A stretch of 43,679 bases of DNA from Gemmatimonadota bacterium (GCA_019347975.1 JAHWKI010000002.1:1-43679); one strand, 5' to 3'; counted from the stretch's first letter, positions 1 to 9,187 are shown. The notes: a model not told the origin generated them from the letters alone. A program made the numbers and translations.

Positions 1-520
1 CGGCGATGGATGCGATGCCCAGGATCTGAAGCCCCAGGGAGTAGAAGTCCATGTTCGGCCCGGGCGAGTACTGCTCGGAGCTCAGGTTGGCGTAACCGAA
101 CCACCCGCCGTCCGGTGCCGCGCCGATCAGGAAGCTGGAGTACATGAAAAGGCCGCCCAGCAGGAACACCCAGTAGGAGAAGGCGTTCAGCCGCGGGAAC
201 GCCACGTCCCGGGCGCCGATCTGGAGCGGCACGATGTAGTTGAAGAACGCCACGGCGATGGGCATCCCGACCAGGAATACCATGGTGACGCCGTGCATGG
301 TGAAGAGCTGGTTGTACAGCTCCGGCGAGATCACGCTCGCCTCCGGCAGCGCCAGCTGCCACCGGATGATCAGCGCCTCCAGGCCACCCAGAACGAGGAA
401 GACCAGCGCGGTCACGGCGTACAGGATGCCGATCTTCTTGTGGTCGATCGTCGTCAACCAGTCCCTGAGACCGGTCTTCCTGGTCGGCGTGACAGACGCG
501 TGCGCTTCGGCTGTGGCCAT
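1..520 (-). CDS. ctaD: Cytochrome c oxidase subunit I, 5' part (runs off the left edge)
   Basis: Not in the ORF track. Manual translation from ATG at 520: MATAEAHASVTPTRKTGLRDWLTTIDHKKIGILY...YNQLFTMHGVTMVF...GARDVAFPRLNAFSYW...GWFGYANLS. Lies directly downstream of subunit II. Confidence 0.96.
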   Translation of the reverse strand, partial: MATAEAHASVTPTRKTGLRDWLTTIDHKKIGILYAVTALVFLVLGGLEALIIRWQLALPEASVISPELYNQLFTMHGVTMVFLVGMPIAVAFFNYIVPLQIGARDVAFPRLNAFSYWVFLLGGLFMYSSFLIGAAPDGGWFGYANLSSEQYSPGPNMDFYSLGLQILGIASIA

Positions 521-536
521 CGATTCTATCTGGATC

Positions 537-1751
537 TCAGAGCTGTGGTTGTTGACGCGCGGTGTCCGCGGCGGCGCTCGCGGTGTCGGCGGCGATACCC
601 GTGGTATCCGTCGTGCCGACCATGGTGTCGGGTGCCGTGCTCGGCGGAGCCGCGGCGCTCCCCGCGGGTCGGGCGCCGAGCAGAGGGCGCCGGAGATCGC
701 TCAGGTACGCGGCGATGGCGCGAGCATCTTCCCGGGACAGCCCCGTGGGCGGCATGCCGCCGCCGCCGACGCGGGCGCCGGGCATCAGGGCGCCCTTCTT
801 GAGCTCGGGTGCGTGGAGGATCCACTCCGTGAGGTTCTCCTCGTTGTTCGCCATGAGCCCGGCGGCGATACTGAACCGGTCCCCGAAGAGCGTCAGGTTC
901 GGGCCGAGCTGCCCCCGGGCAGAGGTCCCCTCGATCGTATGGCACGCGATACAGGTGCTGCGCTGGAAGATCTCCCGCCCCTGGGCCGCCAGATCGCCCG
1001 CGGGCTCCATCGGAGTCCGGATGTCCTCGATCCAGCGCTGGAACTCCGCCTCGTCGACGACCCGTGCCAGCATATACATGATCGCGTGGGCGGTCCCGCA
1101 GTATTCGGCGCACTGGCCCTTGTAGTCGCCCGTGGAATCGGCCTGCAGGACGATCCGATTAAGGTGGAGAGGCCTGACACCCTCGGGCGTCCGGACCACC
1201 GGGTTTACGTCCTTCTTGCCACCGAGGCGCGGAACCCAGAAGCTGTGGATCACGTCCGCCGAGCTCAGGTGCAAGGAGACCGGACGGCCTTCGGGCATGT
1301 AGAACTGGTTCGCGGTGGTGACGCCGAGCTCCGGATAACGGAATTCCCACCACCACTGATGGCCGATGGCCTGGATGACCAGCGCGCCTTCCGGATCCTC
1401 CGCCTGCGTCTCGAAGATCGCGCGGATCGTCGGGATGGCGATGAAGAGGATGATCAGCGCGGGACCGATCGTCCACGCGATCTCCAGCCTCGTGCTCCCG
1501 TAGATCGGCTTCGGAGGCGGGTCCCCCGGCCGCGCGCGGTAGCGGACCAGGATGTATGTCAGGGCGCCGAAGACCACCAGCATGATCCCCACGGTCCACC
1601 AGGTGACCGTGGCCCAGAGGTCGCTCTGGATCCGGCCGTAGTCGGTGATCGGCCGCAGCACGGTCTGGGGATGCTCGCCGGCGCAGGCGGTCAGCAGCAG
1701 GACTACGCCTGGCGCAAGCCAGCGCGTGATCCGGGGAAAACCTTGTCGCAT
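537..1751 (-). CDS. ctaC: Cytochrome c oxidase subunit II with fused C-terminal cytochrome c (caa3 type), lipoprotein
   Basis: Lipobox LLTAC, two TM helices, GHQWWWEF, CuA ligands DVIHSFW and CAEYCGTAHAIM, heme c motif CIACH, GPNLT, distal Met in GALMP. Confidence 0.96.
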   Translation of the reverse strand: MRQGFPRITRWLAPGVVLLLTACAGEHPQTVLRPITDYGRIQSDLWATVTWWTVGIMLVVFGALTYILVRYRARPGDPPPKPIYGSTRLEIAWTIGPALIILFIAIPTIRAIFETQAEDPEGALVIQAIGHQWWWEFRYPELGVTTANQFYMPEGRPVSLHLSSADVIHSFWVPRLGGKKDVNPVVRTPEGVRPLHLNRIVLQADSTGDYKGQCAEYCGTAHAIMYMLARVVDEAEFQRWIEDIRTPMEPAGDLAAQGREIFQRSTCIACHTIEGTSARGQLGPNLTLFGDRFSIAAGLMANNEENLTEWILHAPELKKGALMPGARVGGGGMPPTGLSREDARAIAAYLSDLRRPLLGARPAGSAAAPPSTAPDTMVGTTDTTGIAADTASAAADTARQQPQL

Positions 1752-1807
1752 CGATAGTCCGGGTTGCCAGCGGATCGGGCCCCGAAGCCCTGGCTTCGGA
1801 GCCGGGA

Positions 1808-1836
1808 AGGTTACAGGGGTGCGATACGGGGGTCAA
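1808..1836 (-). promoter_or_regulatory. Putative sigma70 promoter of the cox operon
   Basis: Minus strand TTGACC-N17-TAACCT, about 55 bp upstream of the coxB ATG. Confidence 0.65.
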
Positions 1837-1862
1837 GCGAGAGTGGCTTCTGCCGGTACACG

Positions 1863-1892
1863 TTGACCGCCCGCCCCGGCCGCGCCTATCCT
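1863..1892 (+). promoter_or_regulatory. Putative sigma70 promoter of dmpA, leaderless geometry
   Basis: TTGACC-N18-TATCCT, then 5 nt, then ATG at 1898. No Shine-Dalgarno. Confidence 0.6.
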
Positions 1893-1897
1893 GGGCC

Positions 1898-3082
1898 ATG
1901 CCTATCCGACGAACGTCCCCCTCCGCCATGGCCGCGCTGCTGCTCCTGGCAGGTGCCGGTTGCGCCCATTCCCAGGCCGTCCCCTCCACGACGGAAAGGC
2001 CTCGCGCGCGCGACGCGGGCGTGCGCGTGGGCATCCTCCCTCTCGGGCCGCTGAACGCCATCACAGACGTCGCCGGCGTCCGCGTGGGGCAGACTACGGT
2101 GATGGAAGGGGACGCGGTGCGCACGGGTGTCACGGCGATCCTCCCGCACGGCGGAGACCTGTTCCGCGAGCGCGTCCCCGCGGCCATCGTGGTCGGCAAC
2201 GGGTTCGGCAAGCTGCTCGGCGTAACGCAGGTGCGCGAGCTGGGTGAGCTCGAGACGCCGGTCCTGCTGACATGCACGCTGTGTGTCTGGCGGGCGGCGG
2301 ACGGCATGGTCGGGTGGCTGCTGGCGAGACCCGGGATGGAGGAGGTCCGGTCCGTCAACCCGGTGGTGGGCGAGACGAATGACGGCTACCTGAACGACAT
2401 CCGCGCGCGCCCGATCCGGGCCGAGCACGTGATCGCCGCCCTGGAGGGCGCCACGGCGGGACCTGTCGCCGAGGGCAGCGTCGGCGCGGGGACGGGAACG
2501 GTGGCGTTCGGGTGGAAGGGCGGGATCGGGACGTCGTCCCGGCGCCTGCCGGTGTCGCTGGGCGGCTGGACCGTCGGCGTTCTCGTCCAGACCAATTACG
2601 GTGGTGTCCTGACCATCGCCGGCGCGCCCGTGGGGGTGGAGCTCGGCCGGTATCCGTTCCGGTCGGCGCTCGAGGCGGCGGTCCCGGAGCGGGACGGCGG
2701 GGATGGCAGCATCATGATCGTCGTGGCTACGGATGCGCCCCTCTCCTCCCGCACCCTGGAGCGGGTGGCGCAGCGCGCGCTGGCGGGACTCGCCCGGACG
2801 GGGTCCAGCATGAGCAACGGGTCGGGGGATTATGTGATCGCCTTCTCCACCGCCGGCTCCGTACGGCGTCGGGTGACGGAGGGCCCACGCACCGTCGAGG
2901 ACCTGCCGAACGACCTGCTCTCGCCGGTGTTCCTGGCCGCGGTCGAGGCTACGGAGGAGGCCATCTACAACTCGCTGTTCCGGGCCACGACGGTCACGGG
3001 CGCCCGCGGCACGGTGGAGGCCCTGCCGCTGGAAGAGACGCTGGCGATCCTCCGCGCGCACGGGGCGCTCCGGGTGCCCTAG
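1898..3082 (+). CDS. dmpA: DmpA/peptidase S58 (P1 family) aminopeptidase, with signal or lipoprotein peptide
   Basis: GPLNAITDVAGVRVG, GNGFGKLLG, VVGETNDGYLNDI, EGSVGAGTG, KGGIGTSSR, GSIMIVVATDAP, and the autoprocessing site NGSGDYVIAFST. Confidence 0.92.
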   Translation: MPIRRTSPSAMAALLLLAGAGCAHSQAVPSTTERPRARDAGVRVGILPLGPLNAITDVAGVRVGQTTVMEGDAVRTGVTAILPHGGDLFRERVPAAIVVGNGFGKLLGVTQVRELGELETPVLLTCTLCVWRAADGMVGWLLARPGMEEVRSVNPVVGETNDGYLNDIRARPIRAEHVIAALEGATAGPVAEGSVGAGTGTVAFGWKGGIGTSSRRLPVSLGGWTVGVLVQTNYGGVLTIAGAPVGVELGRYPFRSALEAAVPERDGGDGSIMIVVATDAPLSSRTLERVAQRALAGLARTGSSMSNGSGDYVIAFSTAGSVRRRVTEGPRTVEDLPNDLLSPVFLAAVEATEEAIYNSLFRATTVTGARGTVEALPLEETLAILRAHGALRVP

Positions 3083-3105
3083 CCGACGCCGAACGTCGTC
3101 GTGCC

Positions 3106-3131
3106 GAAACCCCGGACGGCGTTGCATCGTA
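3106..3131 (+). promoter_or_regulatory. Possible ECF-sigma promoter
   Basis: GAAAC-N17-CGTA upstream of the outer-membrane protein gene. A similar GGAAC-N16-CGTA (39569-39593) precedes the TonB-like gene. Confidence 0.3.
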
Positions 3132-3162
3132 GGAGCGGCGAGGCCTTCGTTCGCTCGATCGA

Positions 3163-4929
3163 ATGGGTATGACCATGAGACTCCTCTCCGCACTCCTCCT
3201 CGTGGCGATGGCCGGCCCGGCCCTCGCCCAGGAGCAGGAAATCCGAAGCGCCAATCTTCCCCGCGAGCTGGAGTGGCGGCTCCTCCGCATGTACGACGGT
3301 GACGCGAGGCGCGTGAACGGCGAGACCGCCATCCCGCGTCTCGAGGTCGTCAGCGGCGACCTCGCGGCGTACGGCGGGCCCCTCCGCATCGCGGGGCGGG
3401 TCATGGGCGACGTGGCGATGGTGGCCGGCGACGTGTTCATCGAGCCGGGCGGCTCCGTGACCGGGAGCGTCACCGTGGTCGGAGGGCAGGTGAGGCTGGC
3501 GGACGGCGGTCGCGTTGCCGGGACGATCACGTCGTACGCCATGACGCCGCGCCGGCGCTCCGATGTCCGGATCGCGGAGCGTGAGACCGAGCGGGACCGG
3601 GATGACGACCGCGACCGGGACGATGACTGGTGGGAGGCGCGGCGGGAGCGGTGGCGCGACCGAGGGTACGCGCGTCTGACATTACGTGCGGGATCGAGCT
3701 ACAACCGTGTGGAGGGGCTGCCGGTGATGTTCGGGCCCATCATCCAGACGGCCGGGCCGAACCCTCTCCGAGTGGAGGCGCTGGTGATCTGGCGGTCCGA
3801 ATCGGGTGCCGACCTGGACACGGACCGCATGGGCTACCAGGCGACGCTGGAGCAGTTCCTCGGGGGGAACCGGGCGATCAGCTTCGGGGGTTCCGTGTTC
3901 TCGCTGGTGGACCCGCTCGACCGGTGGCAGGTGGACGATCTGGAAGCGTCGCTGGCCGCAGCCGTGTTCGGCGTGGATTTCCGCGACTATTTCGACCGCA
4001 CCGGATGGAGTGCCTTCGCGAGCGTGCGGCCGACCCGGGCGCTGGACGCCCGTGTGGAGTACCGTAGCGAGGAGCACGGGGCGCTCGCCGCCGCCGATCC
4101 GTGGTCGCTGTTCGATGGCGGAGAGCCCTGGCGGCTCCAGCCGATCGTCGCGGAGGGCGACGTGCAGACGCTGGGCGGCAGCCTGACGCTGGACCTGCGC
4201 GATGACGACGATGATCCCGCCCGGGGCTGGTTCGCGCGGGTCGCCGTGGAGCGGCCGGTCGGCGGCTCTCTGATACGACCCGACCTGGTCGCGGTGACGC
4301 CTCACCGCGCGCCGCTCTTCATTGATCAGCCCGTGCCGCCGGTCGTCTCCGCCACGCCCATGAACCTGGATTTCACCACCGCGCTGGTCGATATCCGCCG
4401 CTACACACCGGTGGGGTACCGGTCACAGCTCAATCTGCGCGCCGTAGGCGGCGGGTCGCTGTCATCCGAGGCGCTGCCGCCGCAGTTCCAGCACGCCCTG
4501 GGGGGTCTGGGGACGCTCCCCGGCTTCGATACCTTCCTCGTGGATTGCGGTGCCCGCAGCGCGGCCGGGAGCCACGAGGGCAGCCGCTTCTTCCCCGCGT
4601 ACGGCTGCGACCGCTTCGCGCTGGGCCAGGCGGAGTACCGCGGGACGCTATCCCTCGACTTCGGCATCGGGGACCCAGACTGGGATGATGATGACTGGTG
4701 GGATGACGTCCGGGTCGACCTGAGCCCGACGTGGGTGGTGTTCTTCGACGCAGGGCGCGGCTGGGGCTTCGACGAGCCCGCCTTCGGCGGCGACCGGGAT
4801 ACGGGGATGCTGTACGACGCGGGGATCGGGTTCCTGATCGGAGACGTGGGGATCTACGGTGCGCTCCCTCTGAACGGCGACGTCGAGCAGGAGCCGCGCT
4901 TCTTCATCCGGCTGGGGCGTCGGTTCTGA
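3163..4929 (+). CDS. Outer-membrane beta-barrel protein (Omp85/BamA-TamA-like barrel) with N-terminal bactofilin-like beta-helix repeats
   Basis: Signal peptide ending ALA-Q. Repeats VSGDLAAYGGPLRIAGRVMGDVAMVAGDVFIEPGGSVTGSVTVVGGQV. YNRVEGL, LGGLGTLPGF, FFDAGRGW, and C-terminal beta signal RFFIRLGRRF. Start could be 3163, 3169 or 3175. Confidence 0.75.
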   Translation: MGMTMRLLSALLLVAMAGPALAQEQEIRSANLPRELEWRLLRMYDGDARRVNGETAIPRLEVVSGDLAAYGGPLRIAGRVMGDVAMVAGDVFIEPGGSVTGSVTVVGGQVRLADGGRVAGTITSYAMTPRRRSDVRIAERETERDRDDDRDRDDDWWEARRERWRDRGYARLTLRAGSSYNRVEGLPVMFGPIIQTAGPNPLRVEALVIWRSESGADLDTDRMGYQATLEQFLGGNRAISFGGSVFSLVDPLDRWQVDDLEASLAAAVFGVDFRDYFDRTGWSAFASVRPTRALDARVEYRSEEHGALAAADPWSLFDGGEPWRLQPIVAEGDVQTLGGSLTLDLRDDDDDPARGWFARVAVERPVGGSLIRPDLVAVTPHRAPLFIDQPVPPVVSATPMNLDFTTALVDIRRYTPVGYRSQLNLRAVGGGSLSSEALPPQFQHALGGLGTLPGFDTFLVDCGARSAAGSHEGSRFFPAYGCDRFALGQAEYRGTLSLDFGIGDPDWDDDDWWDDVRVDLSPTWVVFFDAGRGWGFDEPAFGGDRDTGMLYDAGIGFLIGDVGIYGALPLNGDVEQEPRFFIRLGRRF

Positions 4930-6208
4930 AGCCGGAGGGGCCGCCGTCCGAACCCCGCGCTCCGGCCTCGCCCGGTGGGGCGGCGGGTGCGGACGCCGCC
5001 TCGAGATCCAGGAGCTCGACGATCTCGTCGAGGCGCTGCTCCGCGTCCTCCTCACCCAGAGCGATCAGGGCCCTGAGGTAGTCGGGCTGGAACATCATCA
5101 TGGCGAGCAGGTCGGGGCTCCCGGTCTCGCGGGCCCCGAGGCCGCCGGTCATGAAGCGGAACGCCCTGGGCAGTCGCGGCTCGAACTCCGCAGCCAGCTT
5201 GGACAGGTCCCGTGATGGGCGCATGACCACGAAGCGGACGGGACTCATGCCGTTGCGCTGGTCCGGCGGCAGGCGGTCCAGGAGGCGGTTGAGGCGCTCC
5301 AGGCGCATCACGTCCTGGTCCAGAAGGTCGAGGAAGACCGAATTCATGAGAACGCCCATCACCTGGGCCGGCGGCGGGTAACCCGCCACCTCGTACTCGT
5401 CGGCCTCGGCCCGTGACTGGTCGAAGCGCGTGGAGACGGCGAGGACGCGTCGCGCCCCGAGATGCAGAGCGGGCGAGAGGGGAGCGGCCAGTCGGATCCC
5501 CCCATCCCCATACCACTGGTCACCGATGCAGACCGCCGGGAACATCAGCGGGAGCGCCGCGGACGCCATGACGTGATCGACCCGGATGGCCGTCTTGACG
5601 CTCTTCCGGTTGGCCCGCTCCCACAGCTTGATGTCGCGCCCCTGGACCCACACCACGTTCTGTCCCGTGGTATAGCTCGTCGTGCTGATGGCCACGGCCT
5701 TGAGCGTGCCGCGGCGGAGATTGTAGTCGATGCCGGTGATCTCGCCCTCGATGGCCGCCATGGACTCCTCGAGGTACGCACGCAGCGGCGCGGTGTCCAC
5801 GAGCCCCCGGGCTTGCGGGGCCGGGACCAGGCCACCGGAAAGGAGCCGGAACCCCCAGCGGGCCACATTCCAGGTGAGGGAGCTGACATCGGCGCGGAAG
5901 ACCTGCTCGGGCGTGAGCTCGCTCCAGAGGCCGGTGAGCTCTTCCACCGCCTGCCCAAAGTTGCCGTGGTGGGAGGCGAGGTGCGCGGCGTTGACGGCGC
6001 CGGCCGAAACGCCGGTGATGATCGGGACGTTCAGGTCGGGGAAACGCCGGCCGAGACAGCGGAGCAGGCCGACCTGGTACGCCCCTCGCGCGCCGCCGCC
6101 GGTGAGGACCAGCGCGAGCTCGTTGGGCGAGGCCGGTGACGTGTCCAGCGGCCCCATCCGGTCCAGGTCCTGCCGCGTCAGGCGCGGAATACGGATCTTC
6201 GGCCTCAT
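4904..6208 (-). CDS. Patatin-like phospholipase
   Basis: GGGARGAYQVG oxyanion motif, GVSAG nucleophile motif, ASAALP and DGG. Start uncertain. Confidence 0.92.
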   Translation of the reverse strand: MRPKIRIPRLTRQDLDRMGPLDTSPASPNELALVLTGGGARGAYQVGLLRCLGRRFPDLNVPIITGVSAGAVNAAHLASHHGNFGQAVEELTGLWSELTPEQVFRADVSSLTWNVARWGFRLLSGGLVPAPQARGLVDTAPLRAYLEESMAAIEGEITGIDYNLRRGTLKAVAISTTSYTTGQNVVWVQGRDIKLWERANRKSVKTAIRVDHVMASAALPLMFPAVCIGDQWYGDGGIRLAAPLSPALHLGARRVLAVSTRFDQSRAEADEYEVAGYPPPAQVMGVLMNSVFLDLLDQDVMRLERLNRLLDRLPPDQRNGMSPVRFVVMRPSRDLSKLAAEFEPRLPRAFRFMTGGLGARETGSPDLLAMMMFQPDYLRALIALGEEDAEQRLDEIVELLDLEAASAPAAPPGEAGARGSDGGPSGFRTDAPAG

Positions 6209-6411
6209 GGGTTTGGAAAGGTTCGGCTCCCCCGGTCGCGCCGCGCCGCTCCGGAGAGACGGAGGCGAGTCGGCCGGGCCGGGCGGTCCTCGGGTGTGCG
6301 CACGGAAGGTATGGCATAAGCGACGCCGGGGGGAGGCTCCTCGCCGGAACAGGCGTTGCGCCGGCGGCGCCGCGCCGCTATCCCACAGTCCACCACTCGC
6401 ATCGTGAGGCC

Positions 6412-6948
6412 ATGCTCGAGACCGTGTTCGCCGGGCCGCTCGGCCCCCTCGTCATATTCCTGCTTCGAATCGTCGACGTCTCCCTCGCGACGACCCGCAT
6501 GCTGCTCGCCGTCCGGAACCAGAAGCTGCTGGTCCCGCTGATCGGCTTCTTCGAGGTCCTCATCTGGCTGTACGCGGCCGGCACGGCCATCCGCTTCCTG
6601 GACAGCCCGCTCCACGTGGTCGGCTACGCGGGCGGCTTCGCCGCGGGAAACGTCGTCGGGCTGTGGGTGGAGGAGAAGCTCGCCCTCGGTCTGGCGACCA
6701 TGCGGATCATCTCCGCCCACGGCGGCGTCGAGCTGGCCGACGCCCTGCGCGAGAAGGGGTTCGGGGTGACGGAGTTCTCCGGGCAGGGACGCGAGGGGCC
6801 GGTGGAGGTGGTGTATACCGTGGTGAAGCGGGCGCAGGTCTCCCGTGTGATGGCAGAGGTCAGGTTGTGGGATCCCGGGGCGTTCGTGACCGTCGAGGAG
6901 CCGAGGGCCATTCATCGCGGCTGGCTCTTCGACAAGCGGAGGAAGTAG
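6412..6948 (+). CDS. UPF0316 (DUF5698 + DUF2179) membrane protein
   Basis: RIVDVSLAT, GFFEVLIW, YAGGFAAGNVVG and GFGVTEFSGQGREG. Start moved to ATG 6412 (GAGG SD). TTGCGC-N17-TATCCC promoter-like element at 6356-6384. Confidence 0.85.
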   Translation: MLETVFAGPLGPLVIFLLRIVDVSLATTRMLLAVRNQKLLVPLIGFFEVLIWLYAAGTAIRFLDSPLHVVGYAGGFAAGNVVGLWVEEKLALGLATMRIISAHGGVELADALREKGFGVTEFSGQGREGPVEVVYTVVKRAQVSRVMAEVRLWDPGAFVTVEEPRAIHRGWLFDKRRK

Positions 6949-6988
6949 TCGCTCACGAAGCGAGCGGTTTCTGCGGCGGCCGCCTCCG

Positions 6989-8065
6989 CTACCCGATCTC
7001 CAGCATCCGCTCAATGGAGGCACGCGCGCGGGTGCGGCTGGGCTCGGGCACGTCGACGGGCCAGCGGTCGTGGAGGAGCGCGTCGCGGACGTTCTCGAGG
7101 GTGATCTCGTTCATGTGGGGGCAGCGGACGGAGCAGAGCCTCACCATCTCCTTCTCCGGGTTCTCGGCGACGATGTTGTCGGCCATGCTGCACTCGGTGA
7201 GCAGGAGGTAGCGCTCGGCGCTGGACTCCTGGACGGCACGCACCATGGCGCTGGTGCTGCCGGCGAAGTCCGAGGCGTCGACGACCTCGGGCGGGCATTC
7301 GGGGTGGGCGAGGACCATGACATCCGGGAACTGGCGGCGCACCGTGGCAATGTCCTCCGGCGTGAACTGCTCGTGGACCTCGCAACGGCCTCGCCAGCCC
7401 ACCATCTCGTACTGCAGCTCGCCACCGTCGGAGGCGGAGGAGCTGTTCCCGTTCACTGTCGGAAAGATGACCCGCTTTCCGGTCTCCCGTGCGACGTTCT
7501 TCGCGAGGAACTCGTCCGGGAGGAAGATGACCCGGTCGGAGTCCAGGCTCTCGACGACCTGCACGGCGTTGCCGGACGTGCAGCAGATGTCCGTCTCGGC
7601 CTTCACGTCGGCGTAGGTGTTCACGTAGGTGACGACGGGGACGCCGGGGAATCGCTTCTTGAGGCGCCGGACATCGCTGGCGGTGATGGATTCGGCGAGG
7701 GAGCAGCCGCCCCTGGCAGTCGGGAGGAGGACGGTCTTCCCGGGGTTCAGGATCTTGGCCGTCTCGGCCATGAAGCGGACGCCGCAGAACACGATCGGGT
7801 CCCCGGCGACCGTGGCGGCGAGGCGGCTGAGCTCGAGGGAGTCGCCCTTGAAGTCGCACACGGAATGGAAGAGCGCGGGCTCCATGTAGTTGTGGCCGAG
7901 GATGACGGCGCCGCGCTCGGCCTTGAGCCGGTTGATCTCCGCGGCGATCTCGGCCTTGTGACGCAGCTCGAAGTCAGGGAGCACGTCGCCGAGACGGGCG
8001 GCGAGGGCGTCGTACATCTCCTCGGCCGAGGTGGTCGTGGCGGTGCTCGTCATCCGTGTCGCCAT
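6989..8065 (-). CDS. nadA: Quinolinate synthase
   Basis: ILGHNYM, GDSLEL, FCGVRFMAETAKILNP, GCSLA, YVNT, CEVH, HPEC and CPHM (Fe-S cysteines). Confidence 0.96.
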   Translation of the reverse strand: MATRMTSTATTTSAEEMYDALAARLGDVLPDFELRHKAEIAAEINRLKAERGAVILGHNYMEPALFHSVCDFKGDSLELSRLAATVAGDPIVFCGVRFMAETAKILNPGKTVLLPTARGGCSLAESITASDVRRLKKRFPGVPVVTYVNTYADVKAETDICCTSGNAVQVVESLDSDRVIFLPDEFLAKNVARETGKRVIFPTVNGNSSSASDGGELQYEMVGWRGRCEVHEQFTPEDIATVRRQFPDVMVLAHPECPPEVVDASDFAGSTSAMVRAVQESSAERYLLLTECSMADNIVAENPEKEMVRLCSVRCPHMNEITLENVRDALLHDRWPVDVPEPSRTRARASIERMLEIG

Positions 8066-8072
8066 GGCTGCT

Positions 8073-9014
8073 TCAGCTCCCCTGTCTCGTTCCAGCGGCC
8101 GCCACCGCGGCGGCGTGGTCCATCACGAAGTCCAGCGCCACGTCCAGCGCGGGCGCGGAATGGGTCAGGGCACCGACGGAGATCAGGTCGACGCCGCTCT
8201 CTGCCACCGCCCGGACGGTCGCCAGCGCAATGCCCCCGGACGCCTCGGCGAGCGCGCGGCCGCCGATGCGGTCGACCGCAGCGGCGAGCTGCCGCGGTGT
8301 CATGTTGTCGAGGAGGATGCTGTCGGCTCCCGCCTCGAGGGCCTCCGCGATCTGGTCGAGGGAATCCACCTCGATGGTGACGACGACTCCGTCCGGGAGC
8401 CTGACCCGCGCCTCATGCACCGCCCGGGCCAGCTCCACTCCCGCGGCGGTCAGGGCGGCCCGATGGTTGTCCTTGAGCATGAAGCCGTCATAGAGCCCGA
8501 ACCGGTGATTCCTGCCGCCCCCGCACCGGACCGCCCACTTCTCCAGGGCCCGGATGCCCGGAGTGGTCTTGCGGGTATCGAGGATCGCCGCGGAGGTGCC
8601 CTCGACAGCGTCGACGTAGCGGCGGGTCAGGGTGGCAATTCCGCTCAGGCGACCGACGAAGTTCAGCGCGACGCGCTCCGCCTTCAGGATCGAGCGCGCG
8701 CTCCCCTCGATCGCGAGGAGGGGCGCGCCCGCTGGCACCGCCTCACCATCGCCGGCGTGGGTCGTGATCTCGAGGGATGGGTCGAGGCTGAGGAACACCG
8801 CGCGCGCGAGCGTGATCCCGCACGCGACACCGGCGGCCCGTGCGACCATGGTCGCGCGAGCGCGCGCGCCGTCGGGGACGAGGAGATCGGTGGTGAGATC
8901 CCCCTCCCCGAGGTCCTCGGCGAGGGCCTCACGGGCAAAGCGCTCCAGCGCCTCGTGGGGCGGCGATCCACCCCTCTGTTCCATCGCCGGTTCAGGCATC
9001 GAGCTCCCGTCCAT
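8073..9014 (-). CDS. nadC: Nicotinate-nucleotide pyrophosphorylase (carboxylating), QAPRTase
   Basis: EDLGEGDLTT, ERVALN, DTRKTTPG, NHRFGLYD, KDNH, EVD, LLDNM, EASGGI and DLISVGALTHS. The track's N-terminal extension crosses a repeat and is rejected. Start could be 9014, 8999 or 8984. Confidence 0.95.
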   Translation of the reverse strand: MDGSSMPEPAMEQRGGSPPHEALERFAREALAEDLGEGDLTTDLLVPDGARARATMVARAAGVACGITLARAVFLSLDPSLEITTHAGDGEAVPAGAPLLAIEGSARSILKAERVALNFVGRLSGIATLTRRYVDAVEGTSAAILDTRKTTPGIRALEKWAVRCGGGRNHRFGLYDGFMLKDNHRAALTAAGVELARAVHEARVRLPDGVVVTIEVDSLDQIAEALEAGADSILLDNMTPRQLAAAVDRIGGRALAEASGGIALATVRAVAESGVDLISVGALTHSAPALDVALDFVMDHAAAVAAAGTRQGS

Positions 9015-9060
9015 GGAATTCCGGGGATAGAAACCCACAAAAGCCGATCGTGTTCCTGTA

Positions 9061-9108
9061 ACAACAGAACAACAGAACAACAGAACAACAGAACTGCGGA
9101 ACTGCAGA
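9061..9108. repeat. 8-bp period tandem repeat
   Basis: (ACAACAGA)x4 followed by ACTGCGGA and ACTGCAGA, in the divergent nadC / beta-propeller intergenic region. Confidence 0.9.
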
Positions 9109-9187
9109 ACTCGCCCTGACCGGATTGTGTCGGCGCGGCCGGTTCGTACGTTACTCCGGCGGGACTCACCAGAGAGAGGAGATCGCG

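Noticed and set aside
3163-6208. Omp85-like barrel next to patatin as a split type Vd (PlpD-like) secretion system
   Set aside because: The genes are convergent, the patatin has no signal peptide, and there is no evidence of a functional link.
9061-9108. CRISPR array at any of the tandem repeats (9061, 36943, 42424)
   Set aside because: The units are 8-9 bp and contiguous, with no spacers and no cas genes.
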